Of a DNA stretch of 64,000 nucleotides, positions 1 to 9,402 are shown piece after piece (within the stretch, counting starts at the first letter, position 1; each line of letters begins with the position of its first letter). Location: contig CAXFSR010000017.1 of assembly GCA_964005815.1 (NCBI GenBank), positions 200,247 through 264,246 on the forward strand, given 5' to 3'. The notes under the pieces are model-generated. The model was given only the letters and a program-made list of their open reading frames with translations. It was not told the origin of the DNA and did not search any database. The stretch comes from an uncultured Nitrospinaceae bacterium. Its GTDB lineage: Bacteria > UBA8248. A program made the translations under genes and the position numbers.

Positions 1-552
1 GCAAATCGTATGGGCATCAAAACAGACGACTTAGTCAAGGTAGAAACTGAAATAGGTTATTTCGTAACACGTTGCTGGGTAACAGAAGGTTTGAAGCCAG
101 GAATAGTTGCAATGGCTCACCACCTAGGACGTTGGAGATTAAATGAAAATATCGGGGCACCTAAAATTGCTTCTGCTTTAGTTGAAATAGAAGAACAGGA
201 CAGTGAATTTACTATGAATCAAATTCACGGGGTTCAACCATTTAAAAGTGATGACCCAGATACCGAAAGAATATGGTGGAAAGAAATAGGAGTAAATCAA
301 AACTTAACTTTTCCTGTAAATCCTGATCCTATTAGTGGTATGCACTGTTGGCATCAAAAAGTAAAATTAACCAAAGCGACTTCTTCAGAAAGTTATGGAG
401 ATATTAAAGTAGATACAGAAAAAAGTTTTGCACACTACAAAAAATGGCTAGAAATGGCTAGACCTGCTCCAGGACCAGATGGTCTAAGAAGACCTCTCTG
501 GTTTTTAAGACCAAATAAACCACAAGCAGATGCTTATTTGCTAGAGGAGTAA
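1..552 (+). CDS. Molybdopterin oxidoreductase catalytic subunit, C-terminal molybdopterin-dinucleotide-binding domain (5'-partial)
   Basis: Frame is open from base 1. GIKTDDLVKVETEIG...VTEGLKPGIVAMAHHLG and DPISGMHCWHQKV match the DMSO-reductase-family C-terminal domain; a TorD-like chaperone follows. Confidence 0.85.
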   Translation, partial: ANRMGIKTDDLVKVETEIGYFVTRCWVTEGLKPGIVAMAHHLGRWRLNENIGAPKIASALVEIEEQDSEFTMNQIHGVQPFKSDDPDTERIWWKEIGVNQNLTFPVNPDPISGMHCWHQKVKLTKATSSESYGDIKVDTEKSFAHYKKWLEMARPAPGPDGLRRPLWFLRPNKPQADAYLLEE

Positions 553-556
553 GAAA

Positions 557-1198
557 ATTTGGCCTAGACGTTCTAAAAACCTAGAGGAACTAAATCAGCA
601 GTCTAAATTAAGAGAAGAATTATATAGAGTCATGTCTATAACTTTTCTAGATCCTCCGGAAAAAAAGTTATTACACTTCTTGAATGAAAATTATCCATTC
701 CTTTTTGAAGAAAATGGAAATCCTTTAGGTGACTTAGTTAAAGATCTAAGAGTAGATTTCACGAATCTATTTGTCTTGTCCTCTCCACCATATGAATCTG
801 TTTTATTGGATGAAAGTGGTTTTTTGAATTCAAAAGTGACTGACAACGTGAATGATTTTTTTAGACATTCTGGATTTAACCCTAGTTCAAAAAATATAGG
901 ACAGAAATTTCATAGTATACTATCAATGGACCATATTAGCGTAGAATTAGAATTTATGTCTCACCTCGCAAAAAATCAACATAAAGACCTCATCAATAAA
1001 AATGAACAAGAATATTACAAATCATTAGATTTATCGTCAAAATTTCTAGATAATCACTTATTAAGATGGGTCCCTATTTATTTAACAGCTATAGAAAGGG
1101 ATTCTAAAACTTTTTTTTACAAAGAATTGTGCAAGTGGGCTCAAAACTACATTTTAGATGACAGAAAATATATCGAAGAAATAACTAAAAGAAATTAA
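557..1198 (+). CDS. TorD/DmsD-family redox enzyme maturation chaperone
   Basis: PPYESV, DHISVELEFM and FLDNHLLRW motifs. The ORF track starts at 632, but the frame is open from 545 and encodes the N-terminal R..LY...S..F..PP helix, so the start probably lies upstream (ATT 557 after SD GAGGAG). Confidence 0.85.
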   Translation: MWPRRSKNLEELNQQSKLREELYRVMSITFLDPPEKKLLHFLNENYPFLFEENGNPLGDLVKDLRVDFTNLFVLSSPPYESVLLDESGFLNSKVTDNVNDFFRHSGFNPSSKNIGQKFHSILSMDHISVELEFMSHLAKNQHKDLINKNEQEYYKSLDLSSKFLDNHLLRWVPIYLTAIERDSKTFFYKELCKWAQNYILDDRKYIEEITKRN

Positions 1199-1223
1199 GA
1201 TCTATACCCCTATATATAATTTT

Positions 1224-1598
1224 TTATTGTTCCTGAGACCACTTCTGTGACTTAGTAAGATAACTTCTCAACTCATGCAGATCTTTAGTCCATTTTTCCC
1301 AACTTCCTTTTGAAACCTTACAATTTTTAGAGAAAAAACCGTATTTTTCTAACCAGAATTTTGCGTCTGAATCTAGAATTTTCAATAATTCGAAAATTTT
1401 ATTTTCTGAACCAGCCTCTCTAAAAAGATTTTCAAGCATTCTTTTTCGTGTCTGAATTCCCGTTCTTAAGCCCATCTCTAAACCAATCTCTCTAATCCTA
1501 TTTCTTGTCAAGAAAAAACCACATCTAGTTGGCGCTATCAACAATTCAACAAGGTCATGCAGATTTCCTTTAGTAAAAGTTTCTGAGATATCTGACAA
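1224..1598 (-). CDS. Hypothetical protein, possibly the detached C-terminal extension domain of long TorD-like chaperones
   Basis: ORF 1224..1676; likely start TTG 1598 after SD GGGAG. LIAPTRCGFFLTR...RKRMLENLFR resembles, from memory, C-terminal extensions of long TorD homologues. Confidence 0.55.
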   Translation of the reverse strand: MSDISETFTKGNLHDLVELLIAPTRCGFFLTRNRIREIGLEMGLRTGIQTRKRMLENLFREAGSENKIFELLKILDSDAKFWLEKYGFFSKNCKVSKGSWEKWTKDLHELRSYLTKSQKWSQEQ

Positions 1599-1743
1599 AA
1601 AACTCCCTTTCAGAAGATGAAAAGATTTTTCCAAATAGACAAACAAATAAGAAAATACCATAGAAACTAAAAGCAAAAAAATCTATTTTCATAAAAAAGA
1701 ATTTATGGTTGGTTATTCGCATAACACATGTTATTTTTTGTCA

Positions 1744-2502
1744 ATGATAAAAAAAGAACAAAACCTTGTAATAGTACTTGTAAGACCTAAGGGAGCATCT
1801 AACGTTGGGTCAATTGCTCGAGCAATGACACACTTTGGTTTAACAGAGTTACGAGTAGTCTCTCCAATATGCGATGTTAAAGATATAAAAGCCCATTCTA
1901 TGGCAATGGCAGGACAAGAGATTCTAAAAAGATCATCTCACTACGCTACCCTCAAAGATGCAATAATGGATTGTAATCTTACGATAGCAACTTCAAGAAG
2001 AATTGGAAGAAAAAGATTGCCTTCCCTCTCACTAAGGGATGATGCACAAAAAATATATAGATCTATTCTACTTAAAAAAGTGGCAATTGTTTTTGGGCAA
2101 GAAGACAAAGGTCTTTTTAAAGAAGAAATGGAGTTATGCCAAGAACATTTAGTAATACCTGCAAGACCTCAGTCAGAATCTTACAACTTATCACAAGCGG
2201 TACTCTTAATACTCTGGGAAATTTTTATGTCTAATCCGAAGGATTTTGAAAAACCAGAAAATATAGATAATCAGAGAGAGGTTGAAACCGTTGCTTCAAG
2301 AAAAGAGATTGAGGATTTACTAGAACAAATACTTGAAGTATCTATAAAAATTGGGTTTGTCCCCTATTACGAACCAAAACGAGTAACTAATACATTCAGA
2401 AAAATGATTAACCGTGTTGAACCTACAAGTAGAGAAGTGAGAACTATGAGAGGTATGATAAAGCAGGTAAATTCTAAATTTTTAGATAAAGAAACTGAAT
2501 AA
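1744..2502 (+). CDS. trmJ: TrmJ/LasT-family SPOUT tRNA methyltransferase
   Basis: VIVLVRP..NVGSIARAM..FG, AIVFGQEDKGL and SYNLSQAV motifs; likely ATG 1744 (ORF from 1705). Confidence 0.85.
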   Translation: MIKKEQNLVIVLVRPKGASNVGSIARAMTHFGLTELRVVSPICDVKDIKAHSMAMAGQEILKRSSHYATLKDAIMDCNLTIATSRRIGRKRLPSLSLRDDAQKIYRSILLKKVAIVFGQEDKGLFKEEMELCQEHLVIPARPQSESYNLSQAVLLILWEIFMSNPKDFEKPENIDNQREVETVASRKEIEDLLEQILEVSIKIGFVPYYEPKRVTNTFRKMINRVEPTSREVRTMRGMIKQVNSKFLDKETE

Positions 2503-2521
2503 TGCAAAGAAAAAATCGAAA

Positions 2522-3550
2522 ATGACATTAAACTTAGATAATCTTGACTACAAATTACCCGAAAAAAAAATTGCAAAGTACCCGTTAGAAAATAGGGAAG
2601 ATGCCAAACTCCTTTGTATTAACAAAAAGAATTCAGAAATTATACACACTAAAATAAAAAACTTGCCCGATATATTGAATCAAAATGATCTGATTATTTT
2701 CAATAATACAAAAGTTAATAACTGGAGATTTTATGGGAATCTTACGACAGGCGCAAAAGTAGAAGTTCTACTTTATGAGAGAAAAACAGAAACAACTTTC
2801 CTTGCACTCCTATCTGCGAATAGAAAAATAAAAGAAAATGAGAAAATTAAATTTAAAAAAGGAATTTCGGCAACTGTAGAGTTTAGAGGGAAAGAAAGGC
2901 TTCTGGAATTTACCAAAATTAAGAACTTTGAAAATTGGCTATCAAAAGAAGGTGATGTGCCAATACCCCCCTATCTTCGCAGAAAATCAGAATCGATTGA
3001 CTACGAAAGATACCAGACAATCTTTTCTAAAAACCCTGGTTCGATTGCAGCTCCCACAGCAGGATTCCATTTTTCTGAAAAACTTATGGAAAACATTACC
3101 AAAAAGAAAATAGAAATTGCAGAGATTACTTTAGATATTGGTATTGGTACTTTCTCCCCAATAAGGGAAAAGAACTTCAAACAGCACAAAATGCATGAAG
3201 AAAAATATGAAATACCACAAGACGTTGTAAACAAAATAGAACAAACAAATTCAAGATGTGGCCGAGTAATTGCAATTGGTACTACTGTTACAAGAGCATT
3301 GGAATCCTCTTATTTAAAAAACAAAAACATTATAAATTCAGGAAAAGGAACTAGTGATTTATTTATTACCCCAGGATATAAATTTCAAGTAATTAATGGA
3401 TTATTAACCAATTTTCATTTGCCAAAATCTACTTTGTTATCATTAGTAATTGCTTTTGGAGGCAAGAATGCAATAGAAAAAGCTTACACTAGTGCGCTTA
3501 GTGATGATTACAGGTTTTATAGTTATGGGGATGCAATGCTAATTACTTAA
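2522..3550 (+). CDS. queA: S-adenosylmethionine:tRNA ribosyltransferase-isomerase
   Basis: PIPPYL, ERYQTIF, GSIAAPTAGFHF, TNFHLPKSTL and YRFYSYGDAML motifs. Confidence 0.97.
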   Translation: MTLNLDNLDYKLPEKKIAKYPLENREDAKLLCINKKNSEIIHTKIKNLPDILNQNDLIIFNNTKVNNWRFYGNLTTGAKVEVLLYERKTETTFLALLSANRKIKENEKIKFKKGISATVEFRGKERLLEFTKIKNFENWLSKEGDVPIPPYLRRKSESIDYERYQTIFSKNPGSIAAPTAGFHFSEKLMENITKKKIEIAEITLDIGIGTFSPIREKNFKQHKMHEEKYEIPQDVVNKIEQTNSRCGRVIAIGTTVTRALESSYLKNKNIINSGKGTSDLFITPGYKFQVINGLLTNFHLPKSTLLSLVIAFGGKNAIEKAYTSALSDDYRFYSYGDAMLIT

Positions 3551-3552
3551 GA

Positions 3553-3861
3553 TCAATAAAAACGTGAAGAGGATTTAATTTTTGATTTATCATTCAGTAC
3601 TAATTTAAAATATTTTCCTGGTTTAAATCTCACTACCTTTCTCGCACTTATCTCCGCCTCCTCTCCAGTTTTAGGATTTCTTCCTATTCGTGCACTTTTC
3701 TTTTTTACATCGAAAGAACCAAATCTTCTTAGAACTACAGGATCTCCTTTGGACAAACTACTTTTGATAGCATTAAAAATGGTCTCTACTGCTTCTTCAG
3801 ATTTAACTTTGCTCAATCCCGTATCACCAGCGACAAGATTAACGATATCCACTTTAGTCAA
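3553..3861 (-). CDS. HU/IHF-family DNA-binding protein
   Basis: FGSF..K.KSARIGRNPKTGE...ISARKVVRFKPG; TTG start. Confidence 0.93.
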   Translation of the reverse strand: MTKVDIVNLVAGDTGLSKVKSEEAVETIFNAIKSSLSKGDPVVLRRFGSFDVKKKSARIGRNPKTGEEAEISARKVVRFKPGKYFKLVLNDKSKIKSSSRFY

Positions 3862-3982
3862 AGTCAGGCCCTAAAAATAAAAAGAAATAAATATTAATTA
3901 AGTAAAATTTATATTAACATTGTGTTATTCAAGGGGCAAGAAAAACAAGCATCTTTAAATATTAGAATGAAAGATTGTAAAT

Positions 3983-5110
3983 ATGTTCTCCTCTAAAATT
4001 GAAGAAATTCAACCGTTCTTAGTTATGGATATTTTAAGAAAAGCGAACGATCTTGAGAGAGACGGAAAAAAAATTGTACACTTAGAACTAGGAGAACCCG
4101 ATTTTCCCACGCCTAAAGTAATAGTCGAATCCGCAAAAAAAGCTCTTAAAGATGGAAATACTCATTACACAAACTCTTTAGGGATTCTAGAATTAAGAAA
4201 ATCAATTTCAGATTATTACAACGAAACATATAATTTAAATATTTCATCTAATAGAGTGATTGTCACAAACGGCACTAGTCCAGCGATGTTGATTCTGTTC
4301 AAATTACTACTTGAAATTGATGACGAAGTAATAATTTCTGACCCCCACTACGCATGCTATCCTTCCTTTATAACTTGTACGGGTGCTAAACCTGTATTAG
4401 TACCATTCAAAAACTTTTCTTCAGAAGTCACAAACTATATCACTGACAAAACAAAAATCATTTTAATCAACTCTCCTTCCAATCCCACTGGCACGAGACT
4501 TAGAAAGGAGGAAATAGAAAAATTATCAGCCTTACATCCAGTAATCGTTTCAGATGAGATTTATCATGGAATTAGCACGGGAATTAGAGACCATTCTGCA
4601 TTAGAATTCTCAGATAATTCAGTTGTGATAAACGGCTTTTCAAAATTTTTTGCTATGACTGGATGGAGATTAGGATACATGATTGTACCAGAATGTTTCG
4701 TGAGAAAATTAGAGATACTACAACAGAATTTCTTTATTTCAGCTAATCCATTTGTCCAAATAGCAGGAATTACCGCACTCAAAGAAGCAATACCGGAAGC
4801 GAAACTCATGAATCAAATCTACACCAAAAGGAGAAAGTTAGCTTTAGAAGGTTTAGAATCAATTAATCTGGAAACAAGACCGCATCCTGATGGTGCTTTT
4901 TATGCACTATTTAACGTAAGTAATTTTGAAAAAGATAGTATGAAACTTGCAAGCGAAATACTGACCTCTGCTGGAGTAGCGCTAGCCCCAGGAAAGGATT
5001 TTGGACCAAGAGGGGAAGGACACCTCAGGCTCTCGTATTGTAATTCAGAAGAAAATATAGAAAAAGGAATCAATCTAATAGGGAAATTTTTAAAAGAAAA
5101 ATATCTCTAA
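3983..5110 (+). CDS. PLP-dependent class I/II (aspartate-type) aminotransferase
   Basis: LGEPDFPTP, NSPSNPTG, SDEIY and GFSKFFAMTGWRLG motifs. Confidence 0.92.
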   Translation: MFSSKIEEIQPFLVMDILRKANDLERDGKKIVHLELGEPDFPTPKVIVESAKKALKDGNTHYTNSLGILELRKSISDYYNETYNLNISSNRVIVTNGTSPAMLILFKLLLEIDDEVIISDPHYACYPSFITCTGAKPVLVPFKNFSSEVTNYITDKTKIILINSPSNPTGTRLRKEEIEKLSALHPVIVSDEIYHGISTGIRDHSALEFSDNSVVINGFSKFFAMTGWRLGYMIVPECFVRKLEILQQNFFISANPFVQIAGITALKEAIPEAKLMNQIYTKRRKLALEGLESINLETRPHPDGAFYALFNVSNFEKDSMKLASEILTSAGVALAPGKDFGPRGEGHLRLSYCNSEENIEKGINLIGKFLKEKYL

Positions 5111-5376
5111 TCTTCTGTATTTAACTCTATAGAATTTTCATCTAAAAGTACTTCTTCAGAATCATTTCTAGTGTCAGTCCACTCAAGTTTTCCTTCAATA
5201 ATTTCTCGAAAAACTACTTCTTCCTTAGTATCAGTTTTCTTAGTTTCTACTAGAGGTTCTGCTCCATTCCTTAATTGATTAACTCTCTTTGCGAGTAAAA
5301 TAGACATCAAGAATCTATTCTGTACTTGGTCGGTTGCAAGTTCGAAAAGCTCATCATAACTAGCTTGCTCTAACAT
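5107..5376 (-). CDS. rpoZ: RNA polymerase omega subunit
   Basis: NRFLMSILLAKRVNQL..GAEPLV...FREI.EGK; ATG 5376 after SD GGAGG. Confidence 0.85.
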   Translation of the reverse strand: MLEQASYDELFELATDQVQNRFLMSILLAKRVNQLRNGAEPLVETKKTDTKEEVVFREIIEGKLEWTDTRNDSEEVLLDENSIELNTED

Positions 5377-5417
5377 AAATGCCTCCAAAACACTAAATAT
5401 AAAATTTTAAAATTTAC

Positions 5418-5942
5418 TTATCCGATACCAACATGCTGCACATAGGCAACTTGCATATTTGATCGTACTTGCTTAAGTATATCAGCTTCTTCTTCAGTCA
5501 AATTTCCTTTCATTTTCTCTTCTAACATACCAAAGAGATCAACAAATAATTTAGCAGCTCTAGGATCAGCCGACCCTACCTTTTCACCTGTTTGAGGATG
5601 AAGTCCCATTGCACCCAAAGCATTCGCTTGAAGAATAGCGATCATCATTTCGAAATGTTTTTCATCTTCCTCTTCTTCCTTTTCTTCCTTAGATTCTTCC
5701 GATTGAATATCTGAGGATTCATCCGGAGACTGCTTAACTTCTTCTGGAATTTCTTGATTTAACTCGGATACATTTTCTGTTTGCCCTGAGGGTTCCGAAT
5801 TATCAGAAGAAATAATAGGATTACTATCTGATTTTTCTTCAACTTCTTCAGCATCATAACCAGTTACAGAATAGCGTCTATCTGAAACCTTGAAACTTTG
5901 AGGTTCTTCATTCTCTGAGATGTTTTTTTCTTCTTCAGACAT
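5418..5942 (-). CDS. DUF1844-like protein
   Basis: Acidic N-terminus with FKVSDRR; C-terminal ALGAMG..PQTG....D..AAKLFVD...ML.EKMKGNLT.EE...L......Y. Confidence 0.8.
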   Translation of the reverse strand: MSEEEKNISENEEPQSFKVSDRRYSVTGYDAEEVEEKSDSNPIISSDNSEPSGQTENVSELNQEIPEEVKQSPDESSDIQSEESKEEKEEEEDEKHFEMMIAILQANALGAMGLHPQTGEKVGSADPRAAKLFVDLFGMLEEKMKGNLTEEEADILKQVRSNMQVAYVQHVGIG

Positions 5943-5984
5943 TTTTCCCTCTTTTGTAAAATAAAAAATACAAGAAGAACATAT

Positions 5985-7136
5985 TTATCTATAGAAAGGC
6001 AACCTTGGAAACTCAAAAAACTTTTTTATCTTATCAAATATGTGAATGCAGTTCAGAAAAGATTTAGTCGTCGGAGTTCCTTGCTTTTCAAATTTGGCTA
6101 ATTCTTGGAATAGCTTCTTTTCTTTAGAACTTAACTTCCTTGGAGTAAGTATAGAAAAGACGACTATATGATCACCCTTAGAATTGCTTGTCAAAGATGG
6201 AAATCCTTGTTTTTTAATAACCGCGCTTTCTCCTGACTGAACTCCCTGTGGTACTGTAATTTCACTTTCCCCATACAAAGTTTGTACAAGAATCTTTCCA
6301 CCAAGCGCAGCCTGAGAAAAAGTCACATCTTCTCTGCTAAAAACATTATTTCCTTCTCTTTCTAATCTATCATGTTTTAATAGATTGACTATTACATGCA
6401 AATCTCCAGAAGGCCCTCCATTAATTCCACCTTCTCCCTTTTCACGTAATCTCAAACGTGATTCATGGTCAGCTCCTGGTGGAATTTTAACTTTCACAGA
6501 ACATTCTTCTTGACGTTTTCCAGAACCCCTACATTCATCACAATGCTCTATAATCTTATTTCCAGAACCGTCACATTCGGAACACTGAGAGCTAAAAGTT
6601 ACGAACCCCTGCCTATATGCTACTTGACCACTTCCACCACAGGTTTCACAATTTAAAATAGATTCTGAATTTTTAGCTCCTGTACCACCGCAATATACAC
6701 ACTCTATTTCTCTTTCAAATTCGACATCATGTTCTGAACCCATAGCAGCTTCTTCGAATGTAAGATCTAACTGATATGCAAGATCTCTTCCTTTTACTCT
6801 TCCATCTCCTCTAGAACTTCGTCCAAATGCTCCGCCAAAAATGTCAGAAAAAACATCTCCAAAAGATGAGAAAATATCATCTACACTTGAGAAACCAGAA
6901 GAAAATCCACCAGAAAGTCCATCATGACCATATTGATCATAAATACCTCTTTTTTGAGTATCACTTAAAACTTGATAGGCTTCGGAAGCTTCTTTAAAAA
7001 GTTCTTCAGCTTTTGAATCTCCTGGATTTCTGTCTGGATGATACTGCATTGCTGTTGAGCGGTAAGCTTTTTTTATTTCCGACTCTGTTGCATTCCTGCT
7101 AATATTTAAAATTTCGTAATAATCCCTTTTTGACAC
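5985..7136 (-). CDS. dnaJ: Chaperone DnaJ (class A, with zinc finger)
   Basis: HPD motif, G/F region, four CxxCxGxG repeats; GTG start. Confidence 0.95.
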   Translation of the reverse strand: MSKRDYYEILNISRNATESEIKKAYRSTAMQYHPDRNPGDSKAEELFKEASEAYQVLSDTQKRGIYDQYGHDGLSGGFSSGFSSVDDIFSSFGDVFSDIFGGAFGRSSRGDGRVKGRDLAYQLDLTFEEAAMGSEHDVEFEREIECVYCGGTGAKNSESILNCETCGGSGQVAYRQGFVTFSSQCSECDGSGNKIIEHCDECRGSGKRQEECSVKVKIPPGADHESRLRLREKGEGGINGGPSGDLHVIVNLLKHDRLEREGNNVFSREDVTFSQAALGGKILVQTLYGESEITVPQGVQSGESAVIKKQGFPSLTSNSKGDHIVVFSILTPRKLSSKEKKLFQELAKFEKQGTPTTKSFLNCIHIFDKIKKFFEFPRLPFYR

Positions 7137-7166
7137 TTTATATGTTCTCCCGAGTCAACCATACGT

Positions 7167-7913
7167 TTAAGTAGGTTGCTCATCTTTTTTTGATTCGATA
7201 TATCTTCCGACTGCAACACGACTAGGACGGAGAATCTCATCGTTTAAAAAATACCCTACTGAAAGTTCTTCTAAAATTTTTCCATCTAATTCTTTATCTG
7301 TTACATCGTCAGAACGTATCGCTTCATGTCTAACAGGATCGAAAATTTCCCCAACAGATTGAATTGGTTTTACCCCTTGTGAGGATAATTCTTGAAAGAA
7401 TCTACTCTCCACCATTCGAAATCCTTCAATAAGGGATTGTATACCTTCAACTTTTGTGTTGGGTTCATTTTTCCAACCATCCTGTACTGCATGATTAGCC
7501 CTAGATAAATCATCTCCAACACTCAACAAACTAGTAAACAGTTCTTTTTTTACTTGTTGAATTCTTCTTTCTAAATCCTTTTCTTGACGTTTTCTAAACT
7601 CCTTAGACTCTTTATTAACTCTTGCAATATGTTCTTGAAGTTTTTCTTCTGCTATCAAAACTTTTTTCTCTAAAAGTTCAACATAACTTGGCACCAAAGA
7701 TGGTGACTCATCTTTATTTTTTTCTTCTGTTGAATCTTCTTCTGTAGGATCTTCTTCTGATTTAAAACGTCTACGATCATTTACACGGGCTTTTTCCTCT
7801 TCGTTCTCAATTTCTTTTGAATTCTCATCCTCTTTGGTATCAGAAGAAAAAATATTTTCTCCTAATGAGGATTTCTCATCATCGTTAGAATCAACCTTCT
7901 CTACCTGCATCAA
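7167..7913 (-). CDS. grpE: Nucleotide exchange factor GrpE
   Basis: GEIFDPVRHEAI and GY.LND.ILRPSRVAV motifs; long acidic N-terminus; located in the dnaK operon. Confidence 0.92.
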   Translation of the reverse strand: MMQVEKVDSNDDEKSSLGENIFSSDTKEDENSKEIENEEEKARVNDRRRFKSEEDPTEEDSTEEKNKDESPSLVPSYVELLEKKVLIAEEKLQEHIARVNKESKEFRKRQEKDLERRIQQVKKELFTSLLSVGDDLSRANHAVQDGWKNEPNTKVEGIQSLIEGFRMVESRFFQELSSQGVKPIQSVGEIFDPVRHEAIRSDDVTDKELDGKILEELSVGYFLNDEILRPSRVAVGRYIESKKDEQPT

Positions 7914-8001
7914 AAAACCTCCAAAAGTTAAAAACTTTACAACCTAAAAAACCTTTACGAATTTCACTGACTTAAAACAAAAGAACAATACTATGTTCTA
8001 A

Positions 8002-8406
8002 TTATTTCTCTCTTTTGAGTTTCATAAGCTTCGCTCCTATAGATGGTATAAGAGCATTCATGTCAGGAGTTGCATTTTCAATTTTTTGACGAAATTCCTC
8101 AAATGCATCACTACTTAAAACCTCTTCCATCTGCTCAAGTCTTTCTATTGCCAAATGTAGTTTTTGACGTAATTCTATAATTACTTCAACTCCAGCCAAA
8201 TTAATTCCCATATCTCTAGTAAGTGTTAGAATAATTTCTAACTTTTCTAAATCTTTCTCTTCATAAAGACGAGTTCTACCCTCACTTCGCATAGGTTCAA
8301 TTAATCCCTCTCTTTCATACATTCTCAAGGTCTGGGGATGTATTTCGAACATTTCAGCAACAGTACTTATAGTATATTTTACTTGTTTCCTGCTCCTACG
8401 TACCAA
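8002..8406 (-). CDS. hspR: MerR-family heat-shock repressor HspR
   Basis: YTISTVAEMFEIHPQTLRMYEREGL..P.RSEG.TRLY...LTRDMGINLAGV; located in the dnaK operon. Confidence 0.88.
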   Translation of the reverse strand: MVRRSRKQVKYTISTVAEMFEIHPQTLRMYEREGLIEPMRSEGRTRLYEEKDLEKLEIILTLTRDMGINLAGVEVIIELRQKLHLAIERLEQMEEVLSSDAFEEFRQKIENATPDMNALIPSIGAKLMKLKREK

Positions 8407-8419
8407 GACCTTATCCTCA

Positions 8420-9367
8420 TTAAGTTCGTGAAATATTCATGCCTTCTCTAGGATCAATTGGATTCAATCTTTCAAATTCTCGAATTAAATCTTTACTTTT
8501 TTCGTCAATTCTTTCAGGAAGTTTTAAACTTACAGCTACAAAAAGATCTCCCTTACCAGTTCCCTTCATTTGAGGTGCGCCTTTTCCATTTAGTCGCAAC
8601 CTTTGTCCATTTTGAGTCCCAGGAGGAATTGTAACTTTCGTTACTCCTTCGAAAGTTTCTAATTCTACACGAGTACCTAAAGAAAGCTCACCTAGAGTCA
8701 GGGGAAGATCAATATATAAATTATCTCCTTTTCTTTCAATGTAAGGATGAGTACTTACCTTTGTTAAAATATACAGGTCACCATTTTTCCCTCCTGTCTG
8801 AGAAGTTTCCCCTTTACCTGTTAACCTAATTCGAGAACCATTTGAAACACCAGCAGGTATTTTCACTTTAATTCTTTCTGTTGCCCTTCTGAGGACACCA
8901 TTGTTAATAATATTTTTAGGAACTGTCACAACAGTTTCCAGACCACGTAAGGCATCATCAAAACCAATCTCTATAGAATAATTTACATCTTCTCCCTTTG
9001 TGTTTACTGGAGAACCCCAGTTTGAGGAACGATAGGAAGTTCTTCCACGTTGTCCTCCAAAAAAACTACCAAAGATATCTCCTATACCTATGTCTTTTAA
9101 GATATCTTCCATATTTATTCCGCCTTCCCATGGATTACCTCCTGAAAATGCAGCGTGGCCCATCGTGTCATATTTACGTCTTTTTTCAACATCAGAGAGG
9201 ACTGCGTAAGCTTCACTTATTTCCTTGAAACGCTCTTCTGCAGATTTGTTCCCGGGATTTACATCAGGATGATATTTTCTGGCAAGTTTTTTAAATGCTC
9301 TCTTCAATTGTTCAGAAGAAACATCTCTATTTACTCCTAACAGCTCATAATAATCCCGTTTCGACAT
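8420..9367 (-). CDS. DnaJ-class co-chaperone lacking the zinc finger (CbpA/class B-like)
   Basis: J domain with HPD, G/F region and DnaJ C-terminal domain; no CxxCxGxG repeats. Confidence 0.9.
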   Translation of the reverse strand: MSKRDYYELLGVNRDVSSEQLKRAFKKLARKYHPDVNPGNKSAEERFKEISEAYAVLSDVEKRRKYDTMGHAAFSGGNPWEGGINMEDILKDIGIGDIFGSFFGGQRGRTSYRSSNWGSPVNTKGEDVNYSIEIGFDDALRGLETVVTVPKNIINNGVLRRATERIKVKIPAGVSNGSRIRLTGKGETSQTGGKNGDLYILTKVSTHPYIERKGDNLYIDLPLTLGELSLGTRVELETFEGVTKVTIPPGTQNGQRLRLNGKGAPQMKGTGKGDLFVAVSLKLPERIDEKSKDLIREFERLNPIDPREGMNISRT

Positions 9368-9402
9368 ACGAATTCCCTGAAAGATAAAAAATTAGAATAA
9401 AA

